Source: an uncultured Gammaproteobacteria bacterium
GTDB lineage: Bacteria; Patescibacteriota; Patescibacteriia; Magasanikbacterales; GWA2-37-8
Reading direction: 5' to 3'
DNA length: 55,351 bases
Assembly (NCBI GenBank): GCA_964356495.1
Contig: CAYHHR010000003.1
Coordinates: 1 to 55,351, forward strand
Below are positions 43,271-52,435 of this stretch, in pieces; position 1 is the first letter of the stretch; each line of letters begins with the position of its first letter. The notes beneath the pieces were generated by a model. It was given only the letters and a program-made list of their open reading frames with translations. It did no database searches and was not told the origin of the DNA. A program made the translations under genes and the position numbers.

Positions 43271-44956
43271 ATGAATAATCAAAGGTTAACATCAATTCTA
43301 CTCACGACCATAGTGGTTTTACTAATAGGTGGCGGCGTGTTGGTTGTCACAAACTCATCGAAACATGGCATGAGTGTGGGAATGAGCATGGTCAGCGCTT
43401 CCTCTACCGACGCTCTACCGGTCAGTATCCAAATGGTTGGCGATGAAAGTAGCGAATTAGGCAGTCTCACCAATTCCTGGTCCGGGGAAATTAATTCCTT
43501 TGGAGACGTGCAGATACAGCCGAGGCGCGGAGGAACGATCGTCGAATGGAGTGTAAATATTGGTGAAAAAGTTCGGAAAGGACAAGTGATAGCGAAACTT
43601 TCCGCGCCGTCTGCTATGCCGGAATTAATTTCAATGTTGGCTGAGCAGTCAAAAATGTTGACTGAAGCTCGCGTTGACGCGAAGGCACAGATTGAATTCT
43701 CAGGTAAAAAGAAACAACAATTAGCAACTTTGCTCAGTATTATTGAAAATAATAATACAGTTTGGCAAGCAAAAAATGCGGTCGCTGCCGACAAGTTAAA
43801 GATTAAAGCCGCCCTAGAGCAGGCAATCAGCCGGGAACTTCAACTGTTCTCTACGGTTGATGTCGATTTTACATCATATTATAAGTCGATCAGTCCGCCG
43901 GTTATATATTTGAAAGATGCGCTTGGACATCTTAATTTTGGCACTCACAGTATTTATTTAGGATCATTAAAAAATGCGGCGCTCGAAATTCGTAAGGATA
44001 ACAGTGATAGTTTGGAGAATGTCGGAACCGATTATTTCCAGGCGGCCGCAAAAATGGTTGCTGCTACGTACGCAAGTGACGAAATAACTTCCGAGCAACT
44101 CATGGAAATGCGAAAAATGGTATCTATGGATCAGATGACCTTTTTGGAGGCGGTGAAGGACTCTCGCATGAGTAAAATCGAGCTTGCAAAAATGGAAACT
44201 GACTACGCTATGCAAAAGAAAGATATTGCAGAACAGATCGCGATGCTTGAAAAAGATACGGCGATGAGTGGGGGCAAGGTTGAGGCCGCGGAGGCATCAT
44301 ATGACACCCTGGCCAGCAGTATCAATGGTAATATCGACATTGTTGCTCCAGCTGATGGAGTAATCTCTTCTGTTATGAAAAAAAATGGCGATTTTGTCGA
44401 GCCGGGGATGGCTATTGCATCAGTAAATACCGGTCGTAATTCAGACCGATTTGTTCGCTTTAGAATTCCAAGCAATATCAGATTGCCTATACCTGGCAGT
44501 GAACTTGTTATAGTTAGACCGGGTTTCCCCAAGGATGCGAGGCGCATAAAACTTATTGGAGTTGGTACATCACTCGACGGTAATGGTTCGTATTTGGCAG
44601 ACGCTAAATTTATCGAACCATTGGATTGGCCGGTTAATATTTCAGTACGGGTATTACCCAATGACAATTCAACTTCAAGTTTATTCGTTAATCTCTCCGC
44701 TTTTGATTGGAGCGGCAATGGCGCTTCGATTTGGATTGTCGCCGCAGATAATACGATAAAAAAACAGACAGTTAAAATCGGTCGTACTTTGGGCGAAAGA
44801 GTTGAAGTTTATGAAGGTATAAAGTCCGGAGACCGGTATATCGCCAAATTGATTGCTGAGCTTAAGGATGGAATCAAAGTAAAAGAAGGAGAAATTGCTG
44901 GGATAGCAAAAATGACAGAAGACCCGCATGGTGGCGGAGGTGGACATAATGACTAA
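43271..44956 (+). CDS. Membrane-anchored periplasmic adaptor (MFP/HlyD family) of the RND pump, unusually long, with His/Gly C-terminus
   Basis: N-terminal TM. Lipoyl-like 'GGTIVEWSVNIGEKVRKGQVIAKL', a long coiled-coil, beta-barrel 'DGVISSVMKKNGDFVEPGMAIASV', and C-terminal 'DPHGGGGGHND'. Confidence 0.75.
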   Translation: MNNQRLTSILLTTIVVLLIGGGVLVVTNSSKHGMSVGMSMVSASSTDALPVSIQMVGDESSELGSLTNSWSGEINSFGDVQIQPRRGGTIVEWSVNIGEKVRKGQVIAKLSAPSAMPELISMLAEQSKMLTEARVDAKAQIEFSGKKKQQLATLLSIIENNNTVWQAKNAVAADKLKIKAALEQAISRELQLFSTVDVDFTSYYKSISPPVIYLKDALGHLNFGTHSIYLGSLKNAALEIRKDNSDSLENVGTDYFQAAAKMVAATYASDEITSEQLMEMRKMVSMDQMTFLEAVKDSRMSKIELAKMETDYAMQKKDIAEQIAMLEKDTAMSGGKVEAAEASYDTLASSINGNIDIVAPADGVISSVMKKNGDFVEPGMAIASVNTGRNSDRFVRFRIPSNIRLPIPGSELVIVRPGFPKDARRIKLIGVGTSLDGNGSYLADAKFIEPLDWPVNISVRVLPNDNSTSSLFVNLSAFDWSGNGASIWIVAADNTIKKQTVKIGRTLGERVEVYEGIKSGDRYIAKLIAELKDGIKVKEGEIAGIAKMTEDPHGGGGGHND

Positions 44957-47900
44957 TATAAATTGTATGTTTAATTATATTATTGCTTGGTCATTAAAAA
45001 ATCGAATTGCGGTTTTGGTTATTGCCGTAGCTGTGACGATTGGCGGCATTTGGAGTCTCTCCACCATGCGAGTAGACATTCTTCCTGATATCAATAAACC
45101 GACAGTCGCGATATTTGCGGAAGCAGAAGGTTTGGCGCCGGAAGAAATTGAAAAATTGATATTAAATCCGATTGAAACTGCTGTTGCCGGCGCTCCGGGA
45201 GTAGATCGAGTGCGAGGCACAGCATCATTTGGCCTTGCCATTATAAACGTGGAATTTTCTTGGGGCAGTGATGTTTATCGCAACCGACAAATCATTCAAG
45301 AAAGAATTTCCAGAGTTCTGCTGCCGGAAAAAGTAAAACCGGTGCTTGGTCCGGTCGGATCAATTATGGGAGAAATAATGTGGGTAGGCCTAACTTCTGA
45401 TAATCCGCAAATAAATGGAATGGAACTTAGAACACTGGCTGATTGGAATATTCGTCCGGCCTTGCTTCGAGTACCAGGAGTAGCTGAAGTGATTGTAATG
45501 GGCGGTGAACTTCGTGAATGGCAAATCAATGTCAACGCAGAAAAATTGCGTCGATATAATCTTCATATTGATGATATAGAGATGGCGGTCAAAAATGCTC
45601 TAAACAATAAAAGCGGTGGTGTGCTTGTACAGGGTGGAAAGGAATATGCGCTTAGAATTTTGATTGCTCCACAAGAAGTAAACGATCTTAAAGAGTTATC
45701 AATTGGTACAACCGGGGGAATGGAAGGTGGTACGCCTCTTAGACTCGCCGATGTGGCTATTGTTGAAGAGGGGCCAAGTCCGGTTCGAGGCAGCGCAACT
45801 ATTGATGGTCAGCCTGGGGCAGTTTTACGAGTTATTCGTCAACCGGACGCGGAAACTTTAAAAGTTACTGATGGAATCGATAAAGTGCTTTTATCTCTTC
45901 GTTCAAGTTTACCTGACGGTGTATCTCTAAAAAATGACTTGTTCAGACAAGAATGGTTTATTCGAGCCGGTTTGCACAATGTAATTGGCGCATTACGTGA
46001 TGGAATAATTATGGTTGTTATTATTTTAGTTCTGTTTTTGATGAACTTTAGAACAACAGTTATTACACTCGTAGCTATTCCGCTTAGCATTCTTGTGACA
46101 GCAATAGTCTTTCGCGCATTTGGTTTTTCCGTTAATGTTATGACGCTTGGCGGTCTCGCGGTAGCCATCGGTGAATTGGTGGATGATGCAATTGTGGATG
46201 TAGAAAATGTATCCAGGCGAATTCGTGAATGGAAAGTCGGCGGAAAAAAGGAACCAATCAGCGAGGTGGTTTTCAGAGCTTCAAGTGAAGTTCGAAATTC
46301 CATTGTTTATGCGACGATTTTGGTGGCGGTAGTTTTTGTTCCGATTTTCTTTATTCCGGGAGTTGAAGGCAAACTTCTGAGTTCACTTGGCGCCGCTTAT
46401 CTGATTTCTTTGGCAGGTTCACTTGTGGTATCACTTAGTGTTACTCCGGTGCTGTGTTCATATTTACTCGGAAAAGATAGTGGAAAAAATCATGAAGAAG
46501 AAACAAAAATTGTAAAATTCATTAAACGAAAAATAACCCCGGCTATATATTGGAGCGTGAATAATGTAAAAAAATTGAGTGTAGGAGTAATGGTTGCACT
46601 TTTAATTTCCACCCTATTATATTTTGCCGCAGGCAAAGAAGGCTTACCGCCATTTAATGAAGGATCAGCTACTATCTTAGTTCTTATGCCGGTTGGGACT
46701 GACGTGAATACATCTAATCTTTATACTTCAAAAGTGGAAAATTCTCTAATGTCTATAAAAGGCGTTCGTCGAGTCAGTCATATTACCGGACGCGCCGGCG
46801 CTGACGCGCATGAGAGTGGCGCTAATCGCAGTGAATTACAAGTTGTCTTTGATCCTGACCTTGAAAAGGAACACGAAAGACTTCTTAAAGATATTCAAAA
46901 TATCTTGGGAAACTATGGAGAAGCATCATATACAGTAGGTCAGCCGATTACCCATAGAGTTGAAGAATTGCTTTCTGGTGTCCGCGCTCCGGTAGTTATT
47001 AAAATATATGGAGACAATCCTGATGACATGAAAGCTGCGGCTGACAAAATTATTACTGAACTTGAGAAACAACCGGGCATGAAAAATCCTCAAATTCAAA
47101 AAGATGTAATGGTTCCGGAATTTAGAATGTATATTGATACCAATCGTTTGGCAGAATATGGGCAATCATCCGGTGTTGTTGCGGAGGAACTGGAAATGGG
47201 ACTTATGGGTTCACAAATTGGCCAAGTTAGAATTGGGCCGGCGTCTGTCAATGTAGTGGCGCGATATGATGCTGAATCAAAAGGCACAGCTGAAGCACTT
47301 CGTGATTTGCCTTTATCATTTAATGGTCCGACAACTTTGGGAGATGCCGTGGATATACGACTAGAGCCGGGCCGAAATCGTTTCAGTCATGAGGGCGGTA
47401 AGCGCGTCCTGGTAGTTAGTTCAAATTATCAAGGTTCAAATATTGTCGGCGCGGTTGATAAAGTAAAAAAAGAAATAGAATCGTCCAAACTTCCGACTGG
47501 AATTACTTTGTCATTTGAAGGTAATTATAAAAGCCAAAAAGAAAATAGCCGAAGACTGGGTATCCTTTTTATTCTCGGCTTGATTTCCATTTTTGGCATC
47601 TTGTACAAAGCCTTCAAATCAACGCCTATTGTTATACAGATCATGATGAATATTCCAACCGTTTTGATTGGCGGTATCATTGGTATCTGGTTGACCGGCG
47701 GAGTAATAAATTTGGCGCACCTAGTCGGGTTTATTTCTTTGGCCGGCATTATGTCCCGTAACGGAATAATGTTGATTGGCCGATGTATTCAATTGGCCAG
47801 AAATCAAGCGCATGAATTTACTCCGGACGTGGTGGTGAGGGCTACTCTCGATCGCGTTGTGCCGGTATTGATGACTTCGCTAGTGACTGCCCTCGCGCTA

Positions 47901-48077
47901 ATTCCGTTGCTTCTCGCCGGAGGAGAACCGGGCAAAGAATTACTGAATCCGCTCGCAGTAGTTATTTTTGGAGGATTAATTTCTTCAACAATCATATCTT
48001 TATTCTTGACGCCGGCCTTATTCTTCAAATTTGGAAAGAAGGCGGCCTTACAGGTTAAGGGTGAAACGGAATTCTAA
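44949..48077 (+). CDS. Heavy-metal-efflux RND transporter (CusA/CzcA-like)
   Basis: About 1040 aa with 12-TM RND topology. 'IIAWSLKNR' N-terminus and 'GGLAVAIGELVDDAIVDVENV' TM4 motif. The start overlaps the adaptor gene stop. Confidence 0.85.
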   Translation: MTNINCMFNYIIAWSLKNRIAVLVIAVAVTIGGIWSLSTMRVDILPDINKPTVAIFAEAEGLAPEEIEKLILNPIETAVAGAPGVDRVRGTASFGLAIINVEFSWGSDVYRNRQIIQERISRVLLPEKVKPVLGPVGSIMGEIMWVGLTSDNPQINGMELRTLADWNIRPALLRVPGVAEVIVMGGELREWQINVNAEKLRRYNLHIDDIEMAVKNALNNKSGGVLVQGGKEYALRILIAPQEVNDLKELSIGTTGGMEGGTPLRLADVAIVEEGPSPVRGSATIDGQPGAVLRVIRQPDAETLKVTDGIDKVLLSLRSSLPDGVSLKNDLFRQEWFIRAGLHNVIGALRDGIIMVVIILVLFLMNFRTTVITLVAIPLSILVTAIVFRAFGFSVNVMTLGGLAVAIGELVDDAIVDVENVSRRIREWKVGGKKEPISEVVFRASSEVRNSIVYATILVAVVFVPIFFIPGVEGKLLSSLGAAYLISLAGSLVVSLSVTPVLCSYLLGKDSGKNHEEETKIVKFIKRKITPAIYWSVNNVKKLSVGVMVALLISTLLYFAAGKEGLPPFNEGSATILVLMPVGTDVNTSNLYTSKVENSLMSIKGVRRVSHITGRAGADAHESGANRSELQVVFDPDLEKEHERLLKDIQNILGNYGEASYTVGQPITHRVEELLSGVRAPVVIKIYGDNPDDMKAAADKIITELEKQPGMKNPQIQKDVMVPEFRMYIDTNRLAEYGQSSGVVAEELEMGLMGSQIGQVRIGPASVNVVARYDAESKGTAEALRDLPLSFNGPTTLGDAVDIRLEPGRNRFSHEGGKRVLVVSSNYQGSNIVGAVDKVKKEIESSKLPTGITLSFEGNYKSQKENSRRLGILFILGLISIFGILYKAFKSTPIVIQIMMNIPTVLIGGIIGIWLTGGVINLAHLVGFISLAGIMSRNGIMLIGRCIQLARNQAHEFTPDVVVRATLDRVVPVLMTSLVTALALIPLLLAGGEPGKELLNPLAVVIFGGLISSTIISLFLTPALFFKFGKKAALQVKGETEF

Positions 48078-48119
48078 ATTTATGTTTATGTATACAATAT
48101 GGAAGGGAGGTGAAAAACT

Positions 48120-48446
48120 ATGAGTAAAATTAACTTAGTTCTAATCGGAGTAATTATTTTGCTGGCTGGTGCTGGCGGCGGCTATACAATGGCAATGTCT
48201 GGTGGTCATGATGAAGCATATTTGAAAGAAGTAGCCGAGCATATGCAAGATGAATCCAAAATGATGAAAGAAATGTCCGGGATGTTGAAAGAAAGCGGTA
48301 TGATGATGGATGAATTAGGCATGAAATACAACGATACGAAATTAACCGCCGAAGGAAAAGCATTGTCCGATAAATCAAAAGAATTGATGAAGGAAAGCGA
48401 GGAAATGATGGCAACAGGCGTCAAGATGATGGGGATGATGGAATAA
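48120..48446 (+). CDS. Met-rich, membrane-anchored small protein (candidate Cu(I)/Ag(I) binder)
   Basis: Strong RBS GGGAGGTG. One N-terminal TM, then repeated M-x-x-M/MM clusters ('KMMKEMSGMLKESGMMMDELGM', 'EEMMATGVKMMGMME'). Confidence 0.65.
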   Translation: MSKINLVLIGVIILLAGAGGGYTMAMSGGHDEAYLKEVAEHMQDESKMMKEMSGMLKESGMMMDELGMKYNDTKLTAEGKALSDKSKELMKESEEMMATGVKMMGMME

Positions 48447-48462
48447 ATCAGGTAGTTATTGG

Positions 48463-48492
48463 CACCCACCGCCCCATTTGGGGCGGTGGGTG
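48463..48492 (+). terminator. 13-bp perfect GC-rich hairpin (terminator-like)
   Basis: CACCCACCGCCCC-attt-GGGGCGGTGGGTG. The T-tract is weak. Confidence 0.55.
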
Positions 48493-48553
48493 TTCCGGTA
48501 TTTTAGTAAATGGACTAAAATGGTATACTTTACCTACTTATGTCAATCATTTA

Positions 48554-50581
48554 ATGATTTTTATTATGGATCACGATCATGGCGGGCATCAGAGTATGTC
48601 CATGCCGATGGGAAATAAGGCGGGACAGTCAGGATTCTCGAAGCATAAAGGCCACTCAATTGATGAGTTCAAAAGAAAATTTTACGTTTCAATGATTTTG
48701 ACGGTCCCGGTTTTGATTTTATCGCCGGCAATTCAAAGTTTTTTGAAGGTATCCCTTCGTTTTTCGGGGGATACGTTTATTTTATTTTTGTTTTCGTCGG
48801 TGGTGTTTTTTTACGGCGGCCTGCCGTTTTTACGCGGCGCGCTGAACGAATTAAAGCACCGCTTGCCGGGAATGATGGTCCTAATTTCTATCGCGATCAT
48901 GGTTGCTTATTTGTACAGCTCAGCCGTGGTGCTCGGACTTAGGGGTGAAATTTTCTTTTGGGAACTCGCGACCTTGATCGACATCATGCTGCTCGGACAT
49001 TGGCTTGAAATGCGTTCAATCATGGGCGCATCGAGGGCGCTTGAGAAGTTGTCTCAGCTCATTCCCGATACCGCTCATTTGATTTCCGGAGGCAAGGAAT
49101 CAGAAATTAATTCGAAAGATTTAAAAGACGGCAATATAATATTGGTTAAACCGGGAGAAAAGATTCCGTCCGACGGCGTAGTGGTCGGCGGCGAAAGTTT
49201 TGTAAATGAATCGATGCTGACTGGAGAATCAAAACCGGTTGGGAAAAAGGTCAACGATAAGGTGATCGGCGGTTCGATCAATGAAGAAGGTGCCTTGCAG
49301 ATACAAGTAAAAGGAGTCGGCGAATCTTCGTATCTTTCTAAAGTCATCAATCTCGTCAAGACTGCCCAGGCTTCAAAATCACGAACTCAAGTAATTGCTG
49401 ACAAGGCGGCATTAATTTTGACGGTGGTCGCGATTCTTACCAGCGTTACGACCTTTGTTGTTTGGCTTGTAGTAGGAGCGGACATCGCTTTTGCAATCGA
49501 AAGAGCGGCCACGGTTCTTATTATCGCCTGTCCGCACGCGCTTGGGCTCGCGGTTCCGTTGGTAGTTTCTATTTCCACCACTCTATCGGCGCAAAATGGA
49601 CTTCTGATTAAAAACAGGGTTGCCTTTGAAAATAGCCGGAAAATTTCTACAATAATTTTCGACAAAACCGGAACACTGACTGAAGGAGTTTTTGCTCTGG
49701 CTAAAATTTTTAATTTTAGCAAACTGCCGGATTCCGAATTACTCGCGATTGCGTCGACCTTGGAAAAAAATTCTGAGCATCCGATCGGCAAGGCGATTAC
49801 TTTGGAAGCAATTGAAGAAAATATTAAAAATCTTGAAGTTGAAAATTTTACCGCCATCAAGGGTAAAGGCGTTGCGGGTAAAATAAACGGCAAGAAATAT
49901 GTCATGGCGAGTCCCGGTTATTTGAGTGAGCTTGGCATAACCGTGCCGGACGAACTCGGCGATACCTATGGAACAAATATTTTTTTGGTGAATTCTGATG
50001 AAAAGGTTTTGCTGGCGGTTTTTAGCCTGTCGGATAAAATCAGGGCGGAGTCCTTCGAGGCCGTCAAACTTCTGAAAAAGGAAGGTGTTAAACTTTGGAT
50101 GCTGACAGGTGATAATAAGAAAGTGGCGGAGGGCGTTTCCAAAGAACTGAAGTTGGATGGTTTTTTTGCCGAAGTTTTACCTGATCAAAAACAGGATAAG
50201 ATTCGAGAGTTGCAGGAGAAAGGCGAATATGTGGCGATGGTAGGAGACGGGATAAATGACGCGCCGGCCTTGGCCAAGGCGGACGTCGGGATCGCGATTG
50301 GATCGGGGACTGACATCGCGAATGAGACCGCGGATATTATTTTGGTAAACAGCAGTCCGAGGGATATCGCGAATCTCATTCGCTTCGGTAAAGCAACTTA
50401 TAACAAAATGGTTCAGAATCTTTGGTGGGCGACCGGTTATAATATCGTCGCCATACCGCTTGCCGCAGGAGTACTTTCTAGATTTGGCATTATGCTTTCT
50501 CCGGCTTTGGGCGCGGTTTTTATGTCGCTTAGCACGATCATCGTGGCGATCAATGCCAAGACTTTGAGGGTTAGGAGGTAA
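48554..50581 (+). CDS. copB: P1B-3-type (CopB-like) copper ATPase with His/Met-rich N-terminus
   Basis: 'MDHDHGGHQSMSMPMG' N-terminus and no HMA domain. 'TGES', 'ACPHALGLAVP' (CPH), 'DKTGTLT', '[11 protein letters not shown]'. Confidence 0.9.
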   Translation: MIFIMDHDHGGHQSMSMPMGNKAGQSGFSKHKGHSIDEFKRKFYVSMILTVPVLILSPAIQSFLKVSLRFSGDTFILFLFSSVVFFYGGLPFLRGALNELKHRLPGMMVLISIAIMVAYLYSSAVVLGLRGEIFFWELATLIDIMLLGHWLEMRSIMGASRALEKLSQLIPDTAHLISGGKESEINSKDLKDGNIILVKPGEKIPSDGVVVGGESFVNESMLTGESKPVGKKVNDKVIGGSINEEGALQIQVKGVGESSYLSKVINLVKTAQASKSRTQVIADKAALILTVVAILTSVTTFVVWLVVGADIAFAIERAATVLIIACPHALGLAVPLVVSISTTLSAQNGLLIKNRVAFENSRKISTIIFDKTGTLTEGVFALAKIFNFSKLPDSELLAIASTLEKNSEHPIGKAITLEAIEENIKNLEVENFTAIKGKGVAGKINGKKYVMASPGYLSELGITVPDELGDTYGTNIFLVNSDEKVLLAVFSLSDKIRAESFEAVKLLKKEGVKLWMLTGDNKKVAEGVSKELKLDGFFAEVLPDQKQDKIRELQEKGEYVAMVGDGINDAPALAKADVGIAIGSGTDIANETADIILVNSSPRDIANLIRFGKATYNKMVQNLWWATGYNIVAIPLAAGVLSRFGIMLSPALGAVFMSLSTIIVAINAKTLRVRR

Positions 50582-50604
50582 AATTTTTAGGTAAAAAAAT
50601 ATAT

Positions 50605-50943
50605 ATGAAAAGAAAAATGCCCGAACAATTCTCACTCGAATTTGTTAAACCGACTCCGGAAAAAGCGTTGCCAAAGGTGGATGAACCAGTGGAAAAAACG
50701 CGAGAGGTTAAAACTGACAGCGGTACTTTTACAATTACGGAGGGGCCGACCAGGACTGTTTGGGAAGGCCTCCTGCCCTCGGAGGATTCTAATCCATATC
50801 AATCCGATGTTAGACCGGTTGCTAAACCAGAACCGACAAAATCCAAAAACATCTCTAGTGAAAAACGAAAGGCGGATTGGGAAGCGGTTAAGAAGGCAAG
50901 GCGTGCCGTGGGGGATAAGTTTAGGGGAAAATACAAGCCGTAG
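50605..50943 (+). CDS. Hypothetical 112-aa Lys/Pro/Glu-rich protein
   Basis: ORF only. Low complexity, no motif. Confidence 0.35.
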   Translation: MKRKMPEQFSLEFVKPTPEKALPKVDEPVEKTREVKTDSGTFTITEGPTRTVWEGLLPSEDSNPYQSDVRPVAKPEPTKSKNISSEKRKADWEAVKKARRAVGDKFRGKYKP

Positions 50944-50999
50944 ATTATCGGGGGATAGAGCTGAATGTTGCTAAATATGGGTATTTTTGAGCTTTTGGC

Positions 51000-51028
51000 T
51001 TGACAAATCTCGTCATTTAGGGTATACT
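51000..51028 (+). promoter_or_regulatory. Sigma70-like promoter (TTGACA-17-TATACT)
   Basis: TTGACA at 51000-51005 and TATACT at 51023-51028. Confidence 0.65.
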
Positions 51029-51085
51029 AATCTTTCTTAATTCATCCGCCTAGGGCGGACGACTCGAACCTCTCTGTCATACTAG

Positions 51086-51118
51086 AAATGTGGCCTAAGG
51101 AATCGGGTCACATTTTTT
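51086..51118 (+). promoter_or_regulatory. Leader hairpin + T-tract immediately upstream of the DEAD-box helicase start
   Basis: AAATGTGGCC / GGTCACATTT stem (one G-U pair). The 10-nt loop TAAGGAATCG holds the only SD-like AAGGA. T-run follows, and the ATG is at 51124. Confidence 0.45.
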
Positions 51119-51123
51119 AATGT

Positions 51124-52368
51124 ATGATGAACCAATCATCTAATGCCAGCTTTGAAAGCCTAGGCATTTCTCCTAAGTTGCTCGGGATCTTGAGGCAACA
51201 CAACTATTTAATTCCAACTCCGATCCAGCATCAGGCAATTCAGCCGGCGCTTGAAGGCAAGGATATCGTTGGTATCGCTCAAACCGGGACCGGAAAAACC
51301 CTGGCTTTTGGTATTCCAATGATCGAACGTTTGGCGAAGAACAAAGGCAAAGGCCTGATTCTTTTACCGACTCGCGAGCTTGCTATTCAGGTTGAGGAAA
51401 CGCTCCAGAAGATCGGCCACCAACTCGGACTCAAAACCGTCGTCCTGATCGGCGGCGCTCCAATGGGCCGTCAGAAGGAAATGTTGCGCCGCAATCCGCA
51501 TGTGATTATTGCCACTCCAGGACGCCTGGTTGATCATCTTAAACAGCGCACTGTTTCACTGCATGATGTGAAGATTGCTGTGCTCGATGAAGCCGACCGT
51601 ATGCTTGATATTGGTTTTGCTCCACAGATCAAGGAGATCCTCGCTCTCGTGCCAACTGATCGCCAGACAATGTTGTTCTCGGCGACGATGCCGAGCGCGA
51701 TCGCCGGACTGGCCGCGAAGTATATGAAACTACCGATTCGTATTGAAGTCGCTCCATCCGGAACCGCCGCCAGCCTGGTTGAACACGAAGTATTTATCGT
51801 CAGTCGTGAAATGAAAATGCAGTTGCTTGATAAGATTCTTACTGATACCAAAGGAAGCGTTCTCGTTTTTTCTCGAACTAAGCATGGCGCGAAAAAAATT
51901 GCCGCCAGCGTTCGACATATGGGTCATGAGGCAGTTGAAATGCATTCTGACCGCAGTCTGGCGCAACGCCGCGCCGCTTTGGAAGGCTTCAAGATGGGCC
52001 GTTTCCGAATTCTGGTCGCGACCGATATTGCCGCCCGTGGTATTGATGTGTCCGGTATTGAATTAGTCGTAAATTACGATTTACCAGCCAGTTCCGAGGA
52101 TTATGTTCACCGTATCGGCCGTACTGGCCGCGCCGGTAAATCCGGTAAAGCGGTTTCGTTTGCCGCTCCAGAGGAACGTGGCGACCTTAAGCAAATTGAA
52201 CGCCTAATCAGGAAAACTCTGGCAGTTTTGCCTTTGCCGGTTCTTCCGCCACGACGCACTCCTCCGCCAAAGCCGAGTTTCCAGCCGGGCGGATTCAAAC
52301 CGCATTTTGGACAAGGTCAAAAACCTCAACATAAATTTCAGCGCCACTTCTCGCATCCTTCTCGATAA
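51124..52368 (+). CDS. DEAD-box ATP-dependent RNA helicase
   Basis: Q-motif 'TPIQ', 'AQTGTGKT', 'DEAD', 'SAT' and 'HRIGRTGRAG' motifs. Basic/Pro-rich tail. Confidence 0.95.
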   Translation: MMNQSSNASFESLGISPKLLGILRQHNYLIPTPIQHQAIQPALEGKDIVGIAQTGTGKTLAFGIPMIERLAKNKGKGLILLPTRELAIQVEETLQKIGHQLGLKTVVLIGGAPMGRQKEMLRRNPHVIIATPGRLVDHLKQRTVSLHDVKIAVLDEADRMLDIGFAPQIKEILALVPTDRQTMLFSATMPSAIAGLAAKYMKLPIRIEVAPSGTAASLVEHEVFIVSREMKMQLLDKILTDTKGSVLVFSRTKHGAKKIAASVRHMGHEAVEMHSDRSLAQRRAALEGFKMGRFRILVATDIAARGIDVSGIELVVNYDLPASSEDYVHRIGRTGRAGKSGKAVSFAAPEERGDLKQIERLIRKTLAVLPLPVLPPRRTPPPKPSFQPGGFKPHFGQGQKPQHKFQRHFSHPSR

Positions 52369-52435
52369 AATTTCGCCAGGGGATTGTAAACTTACGTATT
52401 CGTTGTTAAAATAGCGCAATACGTATTTTTATTTT

